From the NCBI RefSeq assembly GCF_011045215.1, contig NZ_CP049201.1: a DNA stretch of 64,000 bases; one strand, 5' to 3'. Both the position numbers and the translations under genes were made by a program. Of this stretch, positions 1 through 10,057 are shown piece after piece. Every line of letters begins with the position of its first letter. Position 1 is the stretch's first letter. The notes under the pieces are model-generated. The model was not told where the DNA came from. It saw nothing but the letters and a program-made list of their open reading frames with translations, and made no database searches. This stretch comes from Escherichia coli. GTDB lineage: Bacteria; Pseudomonadota; Gammaproteobacteria; Enterobacterales; Enterobacteriaceae.

Positions 1-4
1 AAAC

Positions 5-37
5 AATAATGGCGTTGACATCTTCAACGCCATTATT
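5..37. terminator. Stem-loop (about 11-14 bp arms, 5-nt loop) downstream of ykgA; candidate bidirectional intrinsic terminator
   Basis: aatggcgttga (8-18) pairs with tcaacgccatt (24-34), extendable to 5-37; T-rich tract follows on the + strand. Read directly from sequence. Confidence 0.4.
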
Positions 38-91
38 TATTGAATTTCCTGACAGTAGTCTCGTTATAAATTCATTTAGACATAGCGACAG

Positions 92-982
92 CTAAACCGG
101 ACGAACGGGGATAAAAATTTCGCAAACAATGTTATTGCTATCAATTTCGACGAAATTTTCATTGTAATAAAACCGCTCAATATCACTGCCGTTGACTCTG
201 GCTAACCCCCTGGCGGGTAATTCCATCAGATAGAGGTTTCGCGCCCATTCAGGGTAGTGCTCCCACTCACCTTCATAGCGGAAAGAGGCATACAGTCCTC
301 GGTTAATTGTCCACTCTTTCGGCATCTCTGAATCGGTTTGTTTGCATACCGTACCGGCAAAAGTTTCAACCGTGAGCAAATCGACCGATTTTGTTGACGG
401 TTCAAACGTGGAGACGAAATAGATATCCGTCTTAAAATTATTCATACATCTGGCTAAATGATGACGTCGCAGTTTGACTTCTTCATCCGGTGATTTATTC
501 GACACTTCAATATCATATTTAAATGAATTGCCAAAAATAGGTGTCTCAGGAAAGTTGACTAATCTACACTCCGTCTTTTGCTGTTGACGTATTAAAAAAG
601 AAGGGAAGATATTTGCGAGATCCCAATAATCACGGTGGCGGTATACACGGGGAGAGCAGCCGAATAACTTTTTAAATTCGCGGCTGAATGACTGCTGTGA
701 ATCAAAATGCAAAGAGAGTGCAATATCAAGCATAGATTTCGCGGTGAGCCGGACAAGAATGGCGGCACGACAAAGCCTTCGTTTGCGAATGTATTCTCCC
801 AAAGGCACATGCATGAAATTTCGGAACAGAAGCTGGATGTTGCGTCTGCTGTAGCCAGATTTCTGTGCGATATCTTCGATTGAAATAGGGTGCTCAAGAT
901 TGCACTCAATCCACTCCAGGAGCTGCTGTAGAATCTTCTGCCTGATCATCACATTCTCCATTAATTCTTCGTCATATCGCAC
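92..982 (-). CDS. ykgA: AraC/XylS-family transcriptional regulator with C-terminal GyrI-like effector domain
   Basis: 296-aa ORF; AraC-type HTH signature in the N-terminal third (SIEDIAQKSGYSRRNIQLLFRNF...SQQSFSREFKKLFGCSP); sits immediately beside the rcl locus as ykgA does in E. coli. Appears full length here. Confidence 0.75.
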   Translation of the reverse strand: MRYDEELMENVMIRQKILQQLLEWIECNLEHPISIEDIAQKSGYSRRNIQLLFRNFMHVPLGEYIRKRRLCRAAILVRLTAKSMLDIALSLHFDSQQSFSREFKKLFGCSPRVYRHRDYWDLANIFPSFLIRQQQKTECRLVNFPETPIFGNSFKYDIEVSNKSPDEEVKLRRHHLARCMNNFKTDIYFVSTFEPSTKSVDLLTVETFAGTVCKQTDSEMPKEWTINRGLYASFRYEGEWEHYPEWARNLYLMELPARGLARVNGSDIERFYYNENFVEIDSNNIVCEIFIPVRPV

Positions 983-1196
983 ATTTTCGTTATGCCCTGG
1001 GCCCTAAGTGTATCAAAAACAGCAAGGCCCAAGGCAAAAGCACTGATAGCGTCTGCTTCATTGCCCCAAAAATAGAGAGGTTTCAGTCCTACATTATTAA
1101 TGAATTTTTTGCATAAGTGATATCAAAATCCACATACTAATTTGAGGTTACGTTTTAACGTAGACTCATTGTTCATGCTTAATGGAGGGACTGACA

Positions 1197-2066
1197 GTGG
1201 AATTTTCCGTATTAAGTAACAATCTGAAAATGCCGATGATGGGATTTGGTGTTTTTCAGGTTACCGATAAAAACGTGTGCAAACAGTCAGTGTTGAACGC
1301 TATCCGCACGGGTTATCGACTCATCGACACTGCAGCGGTATACGGTAATGAAGATGCTGTCGGTGAAGCCGTTCGTGAAGCCATATCCGAAGGTTTATGT
1401 ACCCGAGAAGAGTTATTTATAACGTCTAAATTGTGGGTGCAGGATATGTTGAATCAGGATACGGCAGCAGCAGGTATTGAAGCATCATTAAAAAAATCGG
1501 GACTAGAATACTTCGACCTCTATTTATTGCATCAGGCTATGCGCGATTATTTCAGTGCGTGGCGTGCACTCGAAGATGCCTATGAAGAGGGCAAATTAAA
1601 AGCGATTGGGGTTTCCAATTTCTATCCTCATGTTCTGGCGAACTTTTGTGAAACGGTAAGAGTTAAACCGATGGTCAACCAGGTCGAGTTGCATCCCTAT
1701 TTTGCCCAACCAGAGGCACTGGCAACCATGAAGTATTATAACGTGCAGCCTGAAGCATGGGCTCCGTTAGGTGGTGGACGACATAAACCCTTTGAAAATA
1801 ATCTGCTTCAGAGTATTGCAGATGCCCATCAAAAATCGATTTCTCAAGTCATTCTGCGTTGGAATATTCAACGGGGAGTGGTCGTTATTCCGAAATCGAC
1901 ACATCAACAGCGTATCGAAGAAAATTTTGCTATCTGGGATTTCTCACTGACAGAGAAAGAAATGGCACAAATTAGTTCGCTTGATTTGGGTTATGTTGGA
2001 GAGTCGGTAAAACATTTTAATCCTGAATTTGTTCGTGGTTGTCTTGCTGTAAAAATACATGATTGA
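1197..2066 (+). CDS. Aldo/keto reductase family oxidoreductase (2,5-diketo-D-gluconate reductase-like)
   Basis: ORF 1182..2066; AKR hallmarks (GYRLIDTAAVYGNE, LHQ, IPKS). Start placed at GTG 1197 (MEFSVLSNNLKMPMMGFGVF) because GGAGGG lies 7 nt upstream. Confidence 0.8.
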   Translation: MEFSVLSNNLKMPMMGFGVFQVTDKNVCKQSVLNAIRTGYRLIDTAAVYGNEDAVGEAVREAISEGLCTREELFITSKLWVQDMLNQDTAAAGIEASLKKSGLEYFDLYLLHQAMRDYFSAWRALEDAYEEGKLKAIGVSNFYPHVLANFCETVRVKPMVNQVELHPYFAQPEALATMKYYNVQPEAWAPLGGGRHKPFENNLLQSIADAHQKSISQVILRWNIQRGVVVIPKSTHQQRIEENFAIWDFSLTEKEMAQISSLDLGYVGESVKHFNPEFVRGCLAVKIHD

Positions 2067-2225
2067 TATTAATCATGTATTTTACCTGAGACGACAAGAA
2101 TCTTTTAACAGGGGAGTGATATTGATCTTCACTCTGTCATATCTCAGGTAATATGGCGTCAGGCTTCATCATCAGAAAGGGGGCCTGACGCCTGAAAAAG
2201 TGAACAACAGACAGTGTTCGGATTA

Positions 2226-2819
2226 TCAATATTCAGTTTTTAACGTTGAACTGGATTCATTACTGCGTTGTTTAAGAATTTCCCGCGCCGAATCTGCCAT
2301 TATCATGACAGCACCTGCCAGCATCAGAGTATCTTTCAATACCAGACGACCAGCACCGGATAAATAAGGGAAACCATGATGAGCGTCACCCAATGCGGGT
2401 ACCCATGCCTCCGGGGTGGTGATTAAAAATGAGAGTGTTACCAACGGTGTGGTAAATGCCATCAGCCCTCCCAATAAACCTAACCAGCGATTGACAGGAT
2501 TAGCCAAAACCAGCAGAGCAATAATCACCTCCACGACGCCAAGACCGTTGGAAAAACCATAGGTATTATTGGCCGATTGCCATGCCCTTGCTTCTGGTTT
2601 GTATTCGCCTTCGTGAGTCAGATACTGTTTATAGTCTTCCGGGTGTTCATAAAAGAACGACATTAGTGGACTGTTTGCGACGAATGGTGTAATGCTGTCT
2701 GCCTCGTAAGGGACAAACTTTAATAACCCAATCCACATAAAAACAATCGCAATACTCAGACGAATCAATGTCAGGCCAATTTTATCTCCCCGACTTAACA
2801 GGTGCAGGTATTTTTCCAT
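2226..2819 (-). CDS. rclC: Inner-membrane protein RclC (DUF417), reactive chlorine resistance
   Basis: ORF 2226..2828; start taken at internal ATG (MEKYLHLLSRGDKIGL...) with AGGA 8 nt upstream, giving 197 aa as in RclC/YkgB; hydrophobic segments. Confidence 0.9.
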   Translation of the reverse strand: MEKYLHLLSRGDKIGLTLIRLSIAIVFMWIGLLKFVPYEADSITPFVANSPLMSFFYEHPEDYKQYLTHEGEYKPEARAWQSANNTYGFSNGLGVVEVIIALLVLANPVNRWLGLLGGLMAFTTPLVTLSFLITTPEAWVPALGDAHHGFPYLSGAGRLVLKDTLMLAGAVMIMADSAREILKQRSNESSSTLKTEY

Positions 2820-2830
2820 TGTGAACATCC

Positions 2831-3067
2831 TTATTTATACAATACTGCTGTTGCGGTTGAATTATTATCAATTCGCATCGATGTGACTTTCCAGGATGAA
2901 GCATTATATTTTCTGGCTATATCAGCAATGGCATCCTCCAGAACTGTCGGTGATGCTGATACTGACGAGACGCTGATATGTTTCAGAATTATTTTATCAT
3001 CTGCATTGGTGGAAAATGCCATAACGCCAGATAATAGTGTTGCAAATAAAACGGATTTTTTAAACAT
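2831..3067 (-). CDS. rclB: Small periplasmic protein RclB (DUF1471/YkgI family) with signal peptide
   Basis: ORF 2831..3082; start at ATG 3067 (MFKKSVLFATLLSGVMAFSTNA = signal peptide), 78 aa. Confidence 0.85.
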   Translation of the reverse strand: MFKKSVLFATLLSGVMAFSTNADDKIILKHISVSSVSASPTVLEDAIADIARKYNASSWKVTSMRIDNNSTATAVLYK

Positions 3068-3175
3068 ATAAAATACCATCAATGAAGTGATTAAGAAGTT
3101 ATAGAGTAACAGGGAATTAATAAGATTCTTTTCTCTGAGACGCCAGAATATTTGTTCTGGCGTCTGATTTTGAGT

Positions 3176-4501
3176 TTATTTGACTAATGAAAATAGATCA
3201 TTGAGTGATTCGCTCATCGACGGATGAGTAAATATCTGATCGCGTAATATGCTATAAGGCAGCCCGGCATCCATCACCATTTTCACTATATTAATCATCT
3301 CGTGGGAGTCAACACACAGCAGTGATGCCCCTAATATACGTTGGGTTTTATTATCAACAATCGCTTTTAATACCCCACGGGTATCGTTCATCACTCTGGC
3401 GCGCGGAATTGCAGCTACAGGCAATGTCACCACCTGAATATCAGCACCACTCTCTCTGGCTTGTTCTTCTGTCATACCAACCCTGGATAGGGGCGGTGTC
3501 ATAAATACGGAATAAGGCACATTTTTCCGATCATCAGTACTACGTTTGCCTTCACCCAGTAACTCATCACGTACAATGCGGTAATCATCCAGTGATATGT
3601 AAGTAAATTGCAGCCCGCCGGTAACATCTCCCATCGCCCAAATATTGTCTGCGGTGGTATGTAATCGCTTGTCAACGACAATTGCCCCGCGCTCGTTTAC
3701 TGCGATACCGGCATTTTCTGGATGTAACGAAGCGGTAGCCGGTTGACGACCGGAAGCTATTAACAGTGCATCCACCGCCAGTTGGGCGTGCTCGCTATGC
3801 ACTTGCACTTGATTTTCATGGTGACTGATTCGCTCCACATGGGCATTGAGGATAATATCGACGCCCTGATCGCGTAAAATCGTCGCGATATTATCAGCAA
3901 TATCCCGTTCTTCCCGAGGCAAAAACAGTGAAGCTGCTTCTAAAATGGTTACCTTGCTGCCAAAATTAGCGAACATAGAGGCGAACTCAACGCCAATATA
4001 TCCGCCGCCCAAAATACCTAAATGCCCAGGCAATTCTTTTAGATTAAGTAATCCGGTGCTGTCATATACTCCTGGCGTGGTGGTAATTCCAGTAATTGGC
4101 GGAACCACGGTTTGTGCACCGGTATTAATAAAAATTTTCTCGCCATGAATTTCCAGATTTCCCTCAGGCCGATGAACACGCAGGCTATGATTATTGATAA
4201 ACTCCGCCTGGCCGTCGATCACGTCGATATTGGGCATATCCGCAAGATTATGAAAATTCTTATTACGTAAAAAATTAACCACTTCATTTTTACGCTGTAT
4301 GGCACGGACAAAATCTGTGTGCTGCTGTGCGTCATGAACCAATGTTTTGGTTGGGATGCAGCCGATATTAATACAGGTCCCGCCATACATTGCATTTGAT
4401 TGTTCGATGAGAGCCACTCGCCAACCTGCTTTTGCCAGCGTGACGGCTAATGTTTTTCCAGCCTTGCCAAAACCAATAATCACTGCCTGATATTTATTCA
4501 T
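3176..4501 (-). CDS. rclA: RclA, FAD-dependent pyridine nucleotide-disulfide oxidoreductase
   Basis: ORF 3176..4528; start at ATG 4501 (MNKYQAVIIGFGKAGKT, Rossmann GxGxxG), 441 aa; redox-active CxxxxC motif (GGTCINIGCIPTK). Confidence 0.95.
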   Translation of the reverse strand: MNKYQAVIIGFGKAGKTLAVTLAKAGWRVALIEQSNAMYGGTCINIGCIPTKTLVHDAQQHTDFVRAIQRKNEVVNFLRNKNFHNLADMPNIDVIDGQAEFINNHSLRVHRPEGNLEIHGEKIFINTGAQTVVPPITGITTTPGVYDSTGLLNLKELPGHLGILGGGYIGVEFASMFANFGSKVTILEAASLFLPREERDIADNIATILRDQGVDIILNAHVERISHHENQVQVHSEHAQLAVDALLIASGRQPATASLHPENAGIAVNERGAIVVDKRLHTTADNIWAMGDVTGGLQFTYISLDDYRIVRDELLGEGKRSTDDRKNVPYSVFMTPPLSRVGMTEEQARESGADIQVVTLPVAAIPRARVMNDTRGVLKAIVDNKTQRILGASLLCVDSHEMINIVKMVMDAGLPYSILRDQIFTHPSMSESLNDLFSLVK

Positions 4502-4726
4502 GATGATTTCCTGTCGAAACGCGTTCATTTGACATCATGACTATAGACGCAAAAGAGCAAATAACATTTCTTCACAACGCTTGATATTTTGTCTTATCGT
4601 CTGGTATTTTCTTTTTCTTAATCAGAATCACAAAACAAAAATCATGATTAACTATTTGATGGTATTAGATTAGTTATTTACTAAGATTGTTGGTGTTTGT
4701 AATCAAAAACCACTCAGGAGTCTGAT
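4502..4726. promoter_or_regulatory. Divergent rclA / rclR intergenic control region (AT-rich)
   Basis: 225-bp AT-rich spacer between divergently transcribed rclA and rclR; AGGAG RBS at 4715-4719 for rclR. Individual promoter elements not resolved. Confidence 0.5.
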
Positions 4727-5581
4727 ATGGATGCCCTTAGCCGTTTGTTGATGCTTAACGCTCCACAAGGAACGATCGATAAGAATTGCGTGTTAGGAAG
4801 TGACTGGCAGCTTCCACATGGTGCCGGGGAATTATCGGTTATTCGTTGGCATGCGTTAACGCAAGGAGCGGCGAAGCTGGAAATGCCGACGGGGGAGATT
4901 TTTACATTACGCCCGGGAAATGTGGTCCTGCTACCACAAAATTCAGCCCATCGCCTGAGTCATGTCGATAATGAATCAACCTGTATTGTCTGCGGCACTC
5001 TTCGGCTGCAACATTCGGCGCGTTATTTTTTAACGTCTTTGCCGGAAACGCTGTTTTTAGCACCGGTTAACCACAGCGTAGAATATAACTGGCTGAGGGA
5101 GGCGATCCCGTTTTTACAACAGGAATCCAGATTGGCAATGCCGGGAGTGGATGCACTGTGTAGCCAGATCTGCGCTACATTCTTTACCCTCGCGGTGCGT
5201 GAGTGGATTGCACAGGTTAATACTGAGAAAAACATTCTCAGTTTGCTTCTGCATCCACGTCTTGGTGCGGTAATACAGCAAATGTTGGAAATGCCAGGAC
5301 ACGCCTGGACCGTCGAATCGCTGGCCAGCATCGCCCACATGTCCCGGGCAAGTTTTGCCCAGCTTTTCCGTGATGTTTCCGGAACCACGCCGCTGGCTGT
5401 ATTAACAAAGTTGCGTCTACAAATAGCGGCCCAGATGTTTTCCCGGGAAACGCTCCCTGTTGTGGTGATCGCTGAGTCAGTAGGCTATGCCAGTGAATCA
5501 TCTTTTCACAAGGCGTTTGTCCGCGAGTTTGGTTGTACTCCGGGAGAATATCGGGAAAGGGTCAGACAGCTTGCACCCTGA
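4727..5581 (+). CDS. rclR: RclR, AraC-family redox-sensing activator of rclABC
   Basis: 284-aa ORF, AraC HTH at the C-terminus (SIAHMSRASFAQLFRDVSGTTP...ESVGYASESSFHKAFVREFGCTP); divergent from rclA. Confidence 0.95.
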   Translation: MDALSRLLMLNAPQGTIDKNCVLGSDWQLPHGAGELSVIRWHALTQGAAKLEMPTGEIFTLRPGNVVLLPQNSAHRLSHVDNESTCIVCGTLRLQHSARYFLTSLPETLFLAPVNHSVEYNWLREAIPFLQQESRLAMPGVDALCSQICATFFTLAVREWIAQVNTEKNILSLLLHPRLGAVIQQMLEMPGHAWTVESLASIAHMSRASFAQLFRDVSGTTPLAVLTKLRLQIAAQMFSRETLPVVVIAESVGYASESSFHKAFVREFGCTPGEYRERVRQLAP

Positions 5582-6107
5582 ATAAAACCGCCAGAAATCA
5601 GGGCAAAGATAATCCGCATTCCGGGAGTTGTGAGCCTTTCAACTATTTCTATTTCCAACGGTGGTTTGGGCTTTATATATTTTTTTCTGATGGACTCTAG
5701 CTCAGTTTTTAAATAAAAATGCAAACTAAATTGTTTCAATTAAATAAAATCCCGACTATTACTTGATACGTGATTATTGTCGGTGATTTTTTTGTACACC
5801 ATCAGTGTATATCTCAACAACCCCTGAATAAGTAGCTCTGAATAGGTATAAGGGATGTAGCCATTTTTAAATGGATTTCTTATGCCAAAAATGATCGTCG
5901 ATTTCCCCATAAAATGTGAGCGATGCCGAAAGAAATAAAATTAGTTATTGCATTTGACGTTTGGATGAAAGATTATCATTTGTCATACAAATGAGGGGTG
6001 GTATGTTGCTAGCCAATTAAAAAAGAACGCCATATTTATTGATGATTGATCCCCCGGTGGGGGGAAACATCGGGCATAAATGGGCATGAAGTAATGGAGT
6101 ATTAGTT

Positions 6108-6827
6108 GTGAATGTCAATTTCTTTGTCACCTGTATTGGTGACGCCCTGAAATCAAGAATGGCACGAGACTCCGTGCTGCTACTGGAAAAACTCGGCTGT
6201 CGCGTAAATTTCCCGGAGAAACAGGGATGCTGCGGTCAGCCTGCGATCAATAGTGGTTATATCAAAGAAGCGATTCCAGGGATGAAAAATCTGATCGCCG
6301 CACTGGAGGATAACGACGATCCCATTATTTCACCGGCTGGCTCTTGCACCTATGCCGTAAAAAGTTACCCGACGTATCTGGCGGATGAACCTGAATGGGC
6401 ATCACGAGCCGAAAAGGTTGCCGCGCGTATGCAGGATCTCACCTCTTTTATTGTTAATAAATTAGGGGTAGTCGATGTAGGTGCCAGTTTGCAAGGGAGA
6501 GCGGTGTATCACCCATCTTGTAGCCTGGCCCGTAAGCTGGGGGTGAAGGACGAACCACTTACGCTGCTGAAAAATGTGCGTGGACTGGAGCTGTTGACCT
6601 TTGCTGAACAGGATACCTGCTGCGGATTTGGCGGCACGTTCTCGGTCAAAATGGCCGAAATATCCGGCGAGATGGTGAAAGAAAAGGTTGCGCACCTGAT
6701 GGAAGTCCGCCCTGAGTATTTAATAGGTGCTGACGTGAGTTGCCTGCTGAACATCAGTGGGCGATTACAACGGGAAGGGCAGAAAGTCAAAGTGATGCAT
6801 ATTGCTGAAGTGTTGATGAGCCGCTGA
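6108..6827 (+). CDS. ykgE: LutA-like cysteine-rich (CCG-domain) Fe-S oxidoreductase subunit
   Basis: 239-aa ORF from GTG 6108; two CCG motifs (KQGCCGQ, DTCCGFGG); first gene of ykgEFG. Confidence 0.9.
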   Translation: MNVNFFVTCIGDALKSRMARDSVLLLEKLGCRVNFPEKQGCCGQPAINSGYIKEAIPGMKNLIAALEDNDDPIISPAGSCTYAVKSYPTYLADEPEWASRAEKVAARMQDLTSFIVNKLGVVDVGASLQGRAVYHPSCSLARKLGVKDEPLTLLKNVRGLELLTFAEQDTCCGFGGTFSVKMAEISGEMVKEKVAHLMEVRPEYLIGADVSCLLNISGRLQREGQKVKVMHIAEVLMSR

Positions 6828-6837
6828 GGGTATAAAG

Positions 6838-8265
6838 ATGTCGATCAAAACCAGTAATACAGATTTTAAGACACGCATCCGTCAGCAAATTGAAGATCCG
6901 ATCATGCGCAAAGCGGTGGCAAACGCGCAGCAGCGTATTGGGGCAAATCGGCAAAAAATGGTCGATGAATTGGGGCACTGGGAGGAGTGGCGCGATCGGG
7001 CCGCCCAGATACGTGATCATGTTCTGAGTAATCTCGACGCTTATCTGTACCAGCTCTCAGAAAAAGTGACGCAAAACGGCGGTCACGTCTATTTTGCAAA
7101 AACCAAAGAAGACGCTACCCGCTACATTTTACAGGTTGCCCAACGCAAAAATGCCCGGAAGGTGGTGAAATCTAAATCGATGGTGACCGAAGAGATTGGT
7201 ATCAATCATGTGTTGCAGGATGCTGGCATTCAGGTGATTGAAACCGATCTGGGTGAATATATTCTCCAGCTGGATCAAGATCCGCCATCTCATGTTGTGG
7301 TCCCGGCAATTCATAAAGATCGCCATCAGATCCGTCGAGTGCTACACGAACGTCTGGGCTATGAGGGGCCGGAAACGCCTGAAGCGATGACCTTATTCAT
7401 CCGGCAAAAAATCCGCGAAGATTTCCTCAGTGCTGAAATAGGTATTACCGGCTGTAATTTCGCGGTGGCAGAGACAGGTTCGGTATGCCTGGTGACCAAT
7501 GAAGGTAATGCGCGAATGTGTACCACGCTGCCTAAAACGCATATTGCAGTGATGGGAATGGAGCGTATTGCCCCCACGTTTGCCGAGGTAGATGTATTGA
7601 TCACCATGCTGGCGCGCAGTGCCGTTGGTGCACGTTTGACGGGATACAACACCTGGCTGACAGGACCGCGCGAAGCGGGGCACGTTGATGGTCCTGAAGA
7701 GTTTCATCTGGTTATTGTCGATAACGGGCGTTCTGAGGTGCTGGCCTCTGAATTTCGGGATGTGCTGCGCTGTATTCGCTGCGGGGCTTGTATGAATACT
7801 TGTCCGGCATATCGCCATATTGGCGGTCATGGATATGGCTCTATTTATCCAGGGCCAATTGGTGCGGTGATTTCTCCGCTACTTGGCGGCTATAAAGATT
7901 TTAAAGATTTACCCTACGCCTGCTCTTTATGCACAGCTTGTGACAACGTGTGTCCAGTGCGTATTCCGCTGTCAAAACTGATTTTGCGTCATCGTCGGGT
8001 GATGGCTGAAAAAGGGATCACCGCAAAAGCAGAGCAACGGGCGATAAAAATGTTCGCTTATGCCAATAGTCATCCAGGATTGTGGAAAGTCGGGATGATG
8101 GCCGGCGCTCATGCGGCAAGCTGGTTTATCAATGGCGGCAAAACACCACTCAAATTTGGCGCGATTAGCGACTGGATGGAAGCACGCGATCTTCCTGAAG
8201 CTGACGGAGAGAGTTTCCGTAGTTGGTTTAAGAAACATCAGGCGCAGGAGAAAAAGAATGGATAA
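6838..8265 (+). CDS. ykgF: LutB-like 4Fe-4S ferredoxin-domain electron transport protein
   Basis: 475-aa ORF; two CxxCxxCxxxCP ferredoxin motifs (CIRCGACMNTCP, CSLCTACDNVCP). Confidence 0.9.
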   Translation: MSIKTSNTDFKTRIRQQIEDPIMRKAVANAQQRIGANRQKMVDELGHWEEWRDRAAQIRDHVLSNLDAYLYQLSEKVTQNGGHVYFAKTKEDATRYILQVAQRKNARKVVKSKSMVTEEIGINHVLQDAGIQVIETDLGEYILQLDQDPPSHVVVPAIHKDRHQIRRVLHERLGYEGPETPEAMTLFIRQKIREDFLSAEIGITGCNFAVAETGSVCLVTNEGNARMCTTLPKTHIAVMGMERIAPTFAEVDVLITMLARSAVGARLTGYNTWLTGPREAGHVDGPEEFHLVIVDNGRSEVLASEFRDVLRCIRCGACMNTCPAYRHIGGHGYGSIYPGPIGAVISPLLGGYKDFKDLPYACSLCTACDNVCPVRIPLSKLILRHRRVMAEKGITAKAEQRAIKMFAYANSHPGLWKVGMMAGAHAASWFINGGKTPLKFGAISDWMEARDLPEADGESFRSWFKKHQAQEKKNG

Positions 8266-8953
8266 TCGAGGCGAATTTTTGAATAACGTTGCTCAGGCAC
8301 TGGGTCGCCCGCTGCGACTTGAACCGCAAGCAGAAGATGCGCCGCTTAACAACTATGCTAACGAGCGGCTTACCGAACTTAACCAACAGCAGCGCTGTGA
8401 CGCGTTTATTCAGTTTGCCAGCGATGTTATGTTGACGCGCTGTGAACTGACCAGCGAGGCGAAGGCGGCAGAAGCTGCAATACGACTGTGTAAAGAGCTG
8501 GGAGATCAGTCGGTCGTGATTAGCGGTGACACGAGGCTGGAGGAATTAGGGATTAGCGAACGTTTGCAGCAGGAATGCAATGCCGTTGTTTGGGATCCGG
8601 CGAAAGGTGCCGAGAATATCTCGCAGGCAGAGCAGGCTAAAGTGGGTGTCGTGTATGCTGAATATGGTTTAACCGAATCGGGAGGCGTGGTTCTTTTTTC
8701 CGCCGCCGAGCGTGGGCGTTCATTGAGCCTGCTCCCGGAATCATCTCTTTTTATCCTGCGTAAAAGCACTATTCTGCCGCGTGTAGCGCAACTCGCAGAA
8801 AGATTGCATCAGAAAGCGCAGGCCGGTGAACGCATGCCGTCATGTATTAACATCATCAGTGGTCCCAGCTCAACGGCGGACATTGAGCTTATCAAAGTCG
8901 TCGGGGTTCATGGTCCGGTGAAAGCGGTGTATCTGATTATTGAGGATTGCTGA
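8258..8953 (+). CDS. ykgG: LutC-like protein (LUD domain)
   Basis: ORF 8111..8953; start set at ATG 8258 (MDNRGEFLNNVAQALGRP), 231 aa, overlapping the ykgF stop by 8 nt (ATGGATAA). Confidence 0.85.
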   Translation: MDNRGEFLNNVAQALGRPLRLEPQAEDAPLNNYANERLTELNQQQRCDAFIQFASDVMLTRCELTSEAKAAEAAIRLCKELGDQSVVISGDTRLEELGISERLQQECNAVVWDPAKGAENISQAEQAKVGVVYAEYGLTESGGVVLFSAAERGRSLSLLPESSLFILRKSTILPRVAQLAERLHQKAQAGERMPSCINIISGPSSTADIELIKVVGVHGPVKAVYLIIEDC

Positions 8954-9059
8954 GAGAGGTATGAAGTCTGGACATAAACCTGAAGAAGGCATACGAGGTT
9001 GAAAATAGCGTTAAGGACAACCTGACTTAACCCCGTTCCGTCATGGTTATGCTCCTCTT

Positions 9060-9100
9060 CTGTAAATATCCTGGCATTAGTAATGCCAGGATATTTACAG
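9060..9100. repeat. Perfect 41-bp palindrome (20-bp arms) between convergent ykgG and ykgH
   Basis: ctgtaaatatcctggcatta g taatgccaggatatttacag read directly; no U-tract on either side, so not a canonical intrinsic terminator. Confidence 0.7.
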
Positions 9101-9195
9101 TGAAAAAGACAGGCATCCATTCCTGAAAACGGGTTCCCTTCCCGGTCATTGTCACTTCAGCTTTATACAGGCACTCTCTATCAGAATGCTGTTTA

Positions 9196-9864
9196 TTACT
9201 GCCCAGAGTTTTGTTGGTATTCATCTACCATTTTTTTGACAAGGCAAAACATTACAGAAATTACAATGCTTATAAAAAATCCCAGAGCTAGGTAAATGGC
9301 AGCAGGGTATTTATTTTTTATTTCTGGTGAGCTTATAGTTACACAGCCATCACCGTTTGGATACAATGACCAGTTCCTGGTCAGGTATATCATTTTTGTA
9401 TAAAGCTCACTGTTAATTGCTGAAGGCGTTTGTATCTCATCGAGAACTTGCCTGCCATTATGGTATTCTGACGCATACCATTTGATAATAGACGCCTGCA
9501 CGTGAGATATTTCCGCTTCAGCAGTTGGTAAATCTCTCTTATCTCCTGACCATTCCAGCTTTATTTCTCTGTTCTTGACATCTGGGCTGGTGTGAAAAAA
9601 TGTAGTAATTCGCTGAATAACATCTTCAGTCATTGTGGTCTGACAGGCAAAGTTATTATTGCTATCACAGTTAACAAGTATACCTGGCGTTGTCTGGTTT
9701 ATTTTTAGGCTGTAAATCACTTTTATATTGTCTTTATTGATATACAGAAACAACAGCACCATAGCCATACATATAGCCATAATAAAAAGGATAACACGAA
9801 TCTTTTTCTTCAGATAAAATAAAATCTCAATCAGATCGATATCCTGTTTGATTTGTTCACTCAT
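9196..9864 (-). CDS. ykgH: Inner-membrane protein YkgH (one N-terminal and one C-terminal hydrophobic segment)
   Basis: 222-aa AT-rich ORF; hydrophobic stretches at residues ~22-42 and ~190-210. Confidence 0.85.
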   Translation of the reverse strand: MSEQIKQDIDLIEILFYLKKKIRVILFIMAICMAMVLLFLYINKDNIKVIYSLKINQTTPGILVNCDSNNNFACQTTMTEDVIQRITTFFHTSPDVKNREIKLEWSGDKRDLPTAEAEISHVQASIIKWYASEYHNGRQVLDEIQTPSAINSELYTKMIYLTRNWSLYPNGDGCVTISSPEIKNKYPAAIYLALGFFISIVISVMFCLVKKMVDEYQQNSGQ

Positions 9865-10057
9865 AATATATCCAGAAAATAAAATCTGCCGCAGATAAAT
9901 GAATTAATAGTCTGTATCAGGAATGTTCGGGTTAAATATCAGCAAAAAGCCAGCATCATGAATACTGGATATGAAGCATGAGAGTTACCTCAGTGTTTAT
10001 ATAAGGATTCGGCCCCCCTCTCTGGAACGGTAACTCTCAATCTGATCGGTTCCTGCG

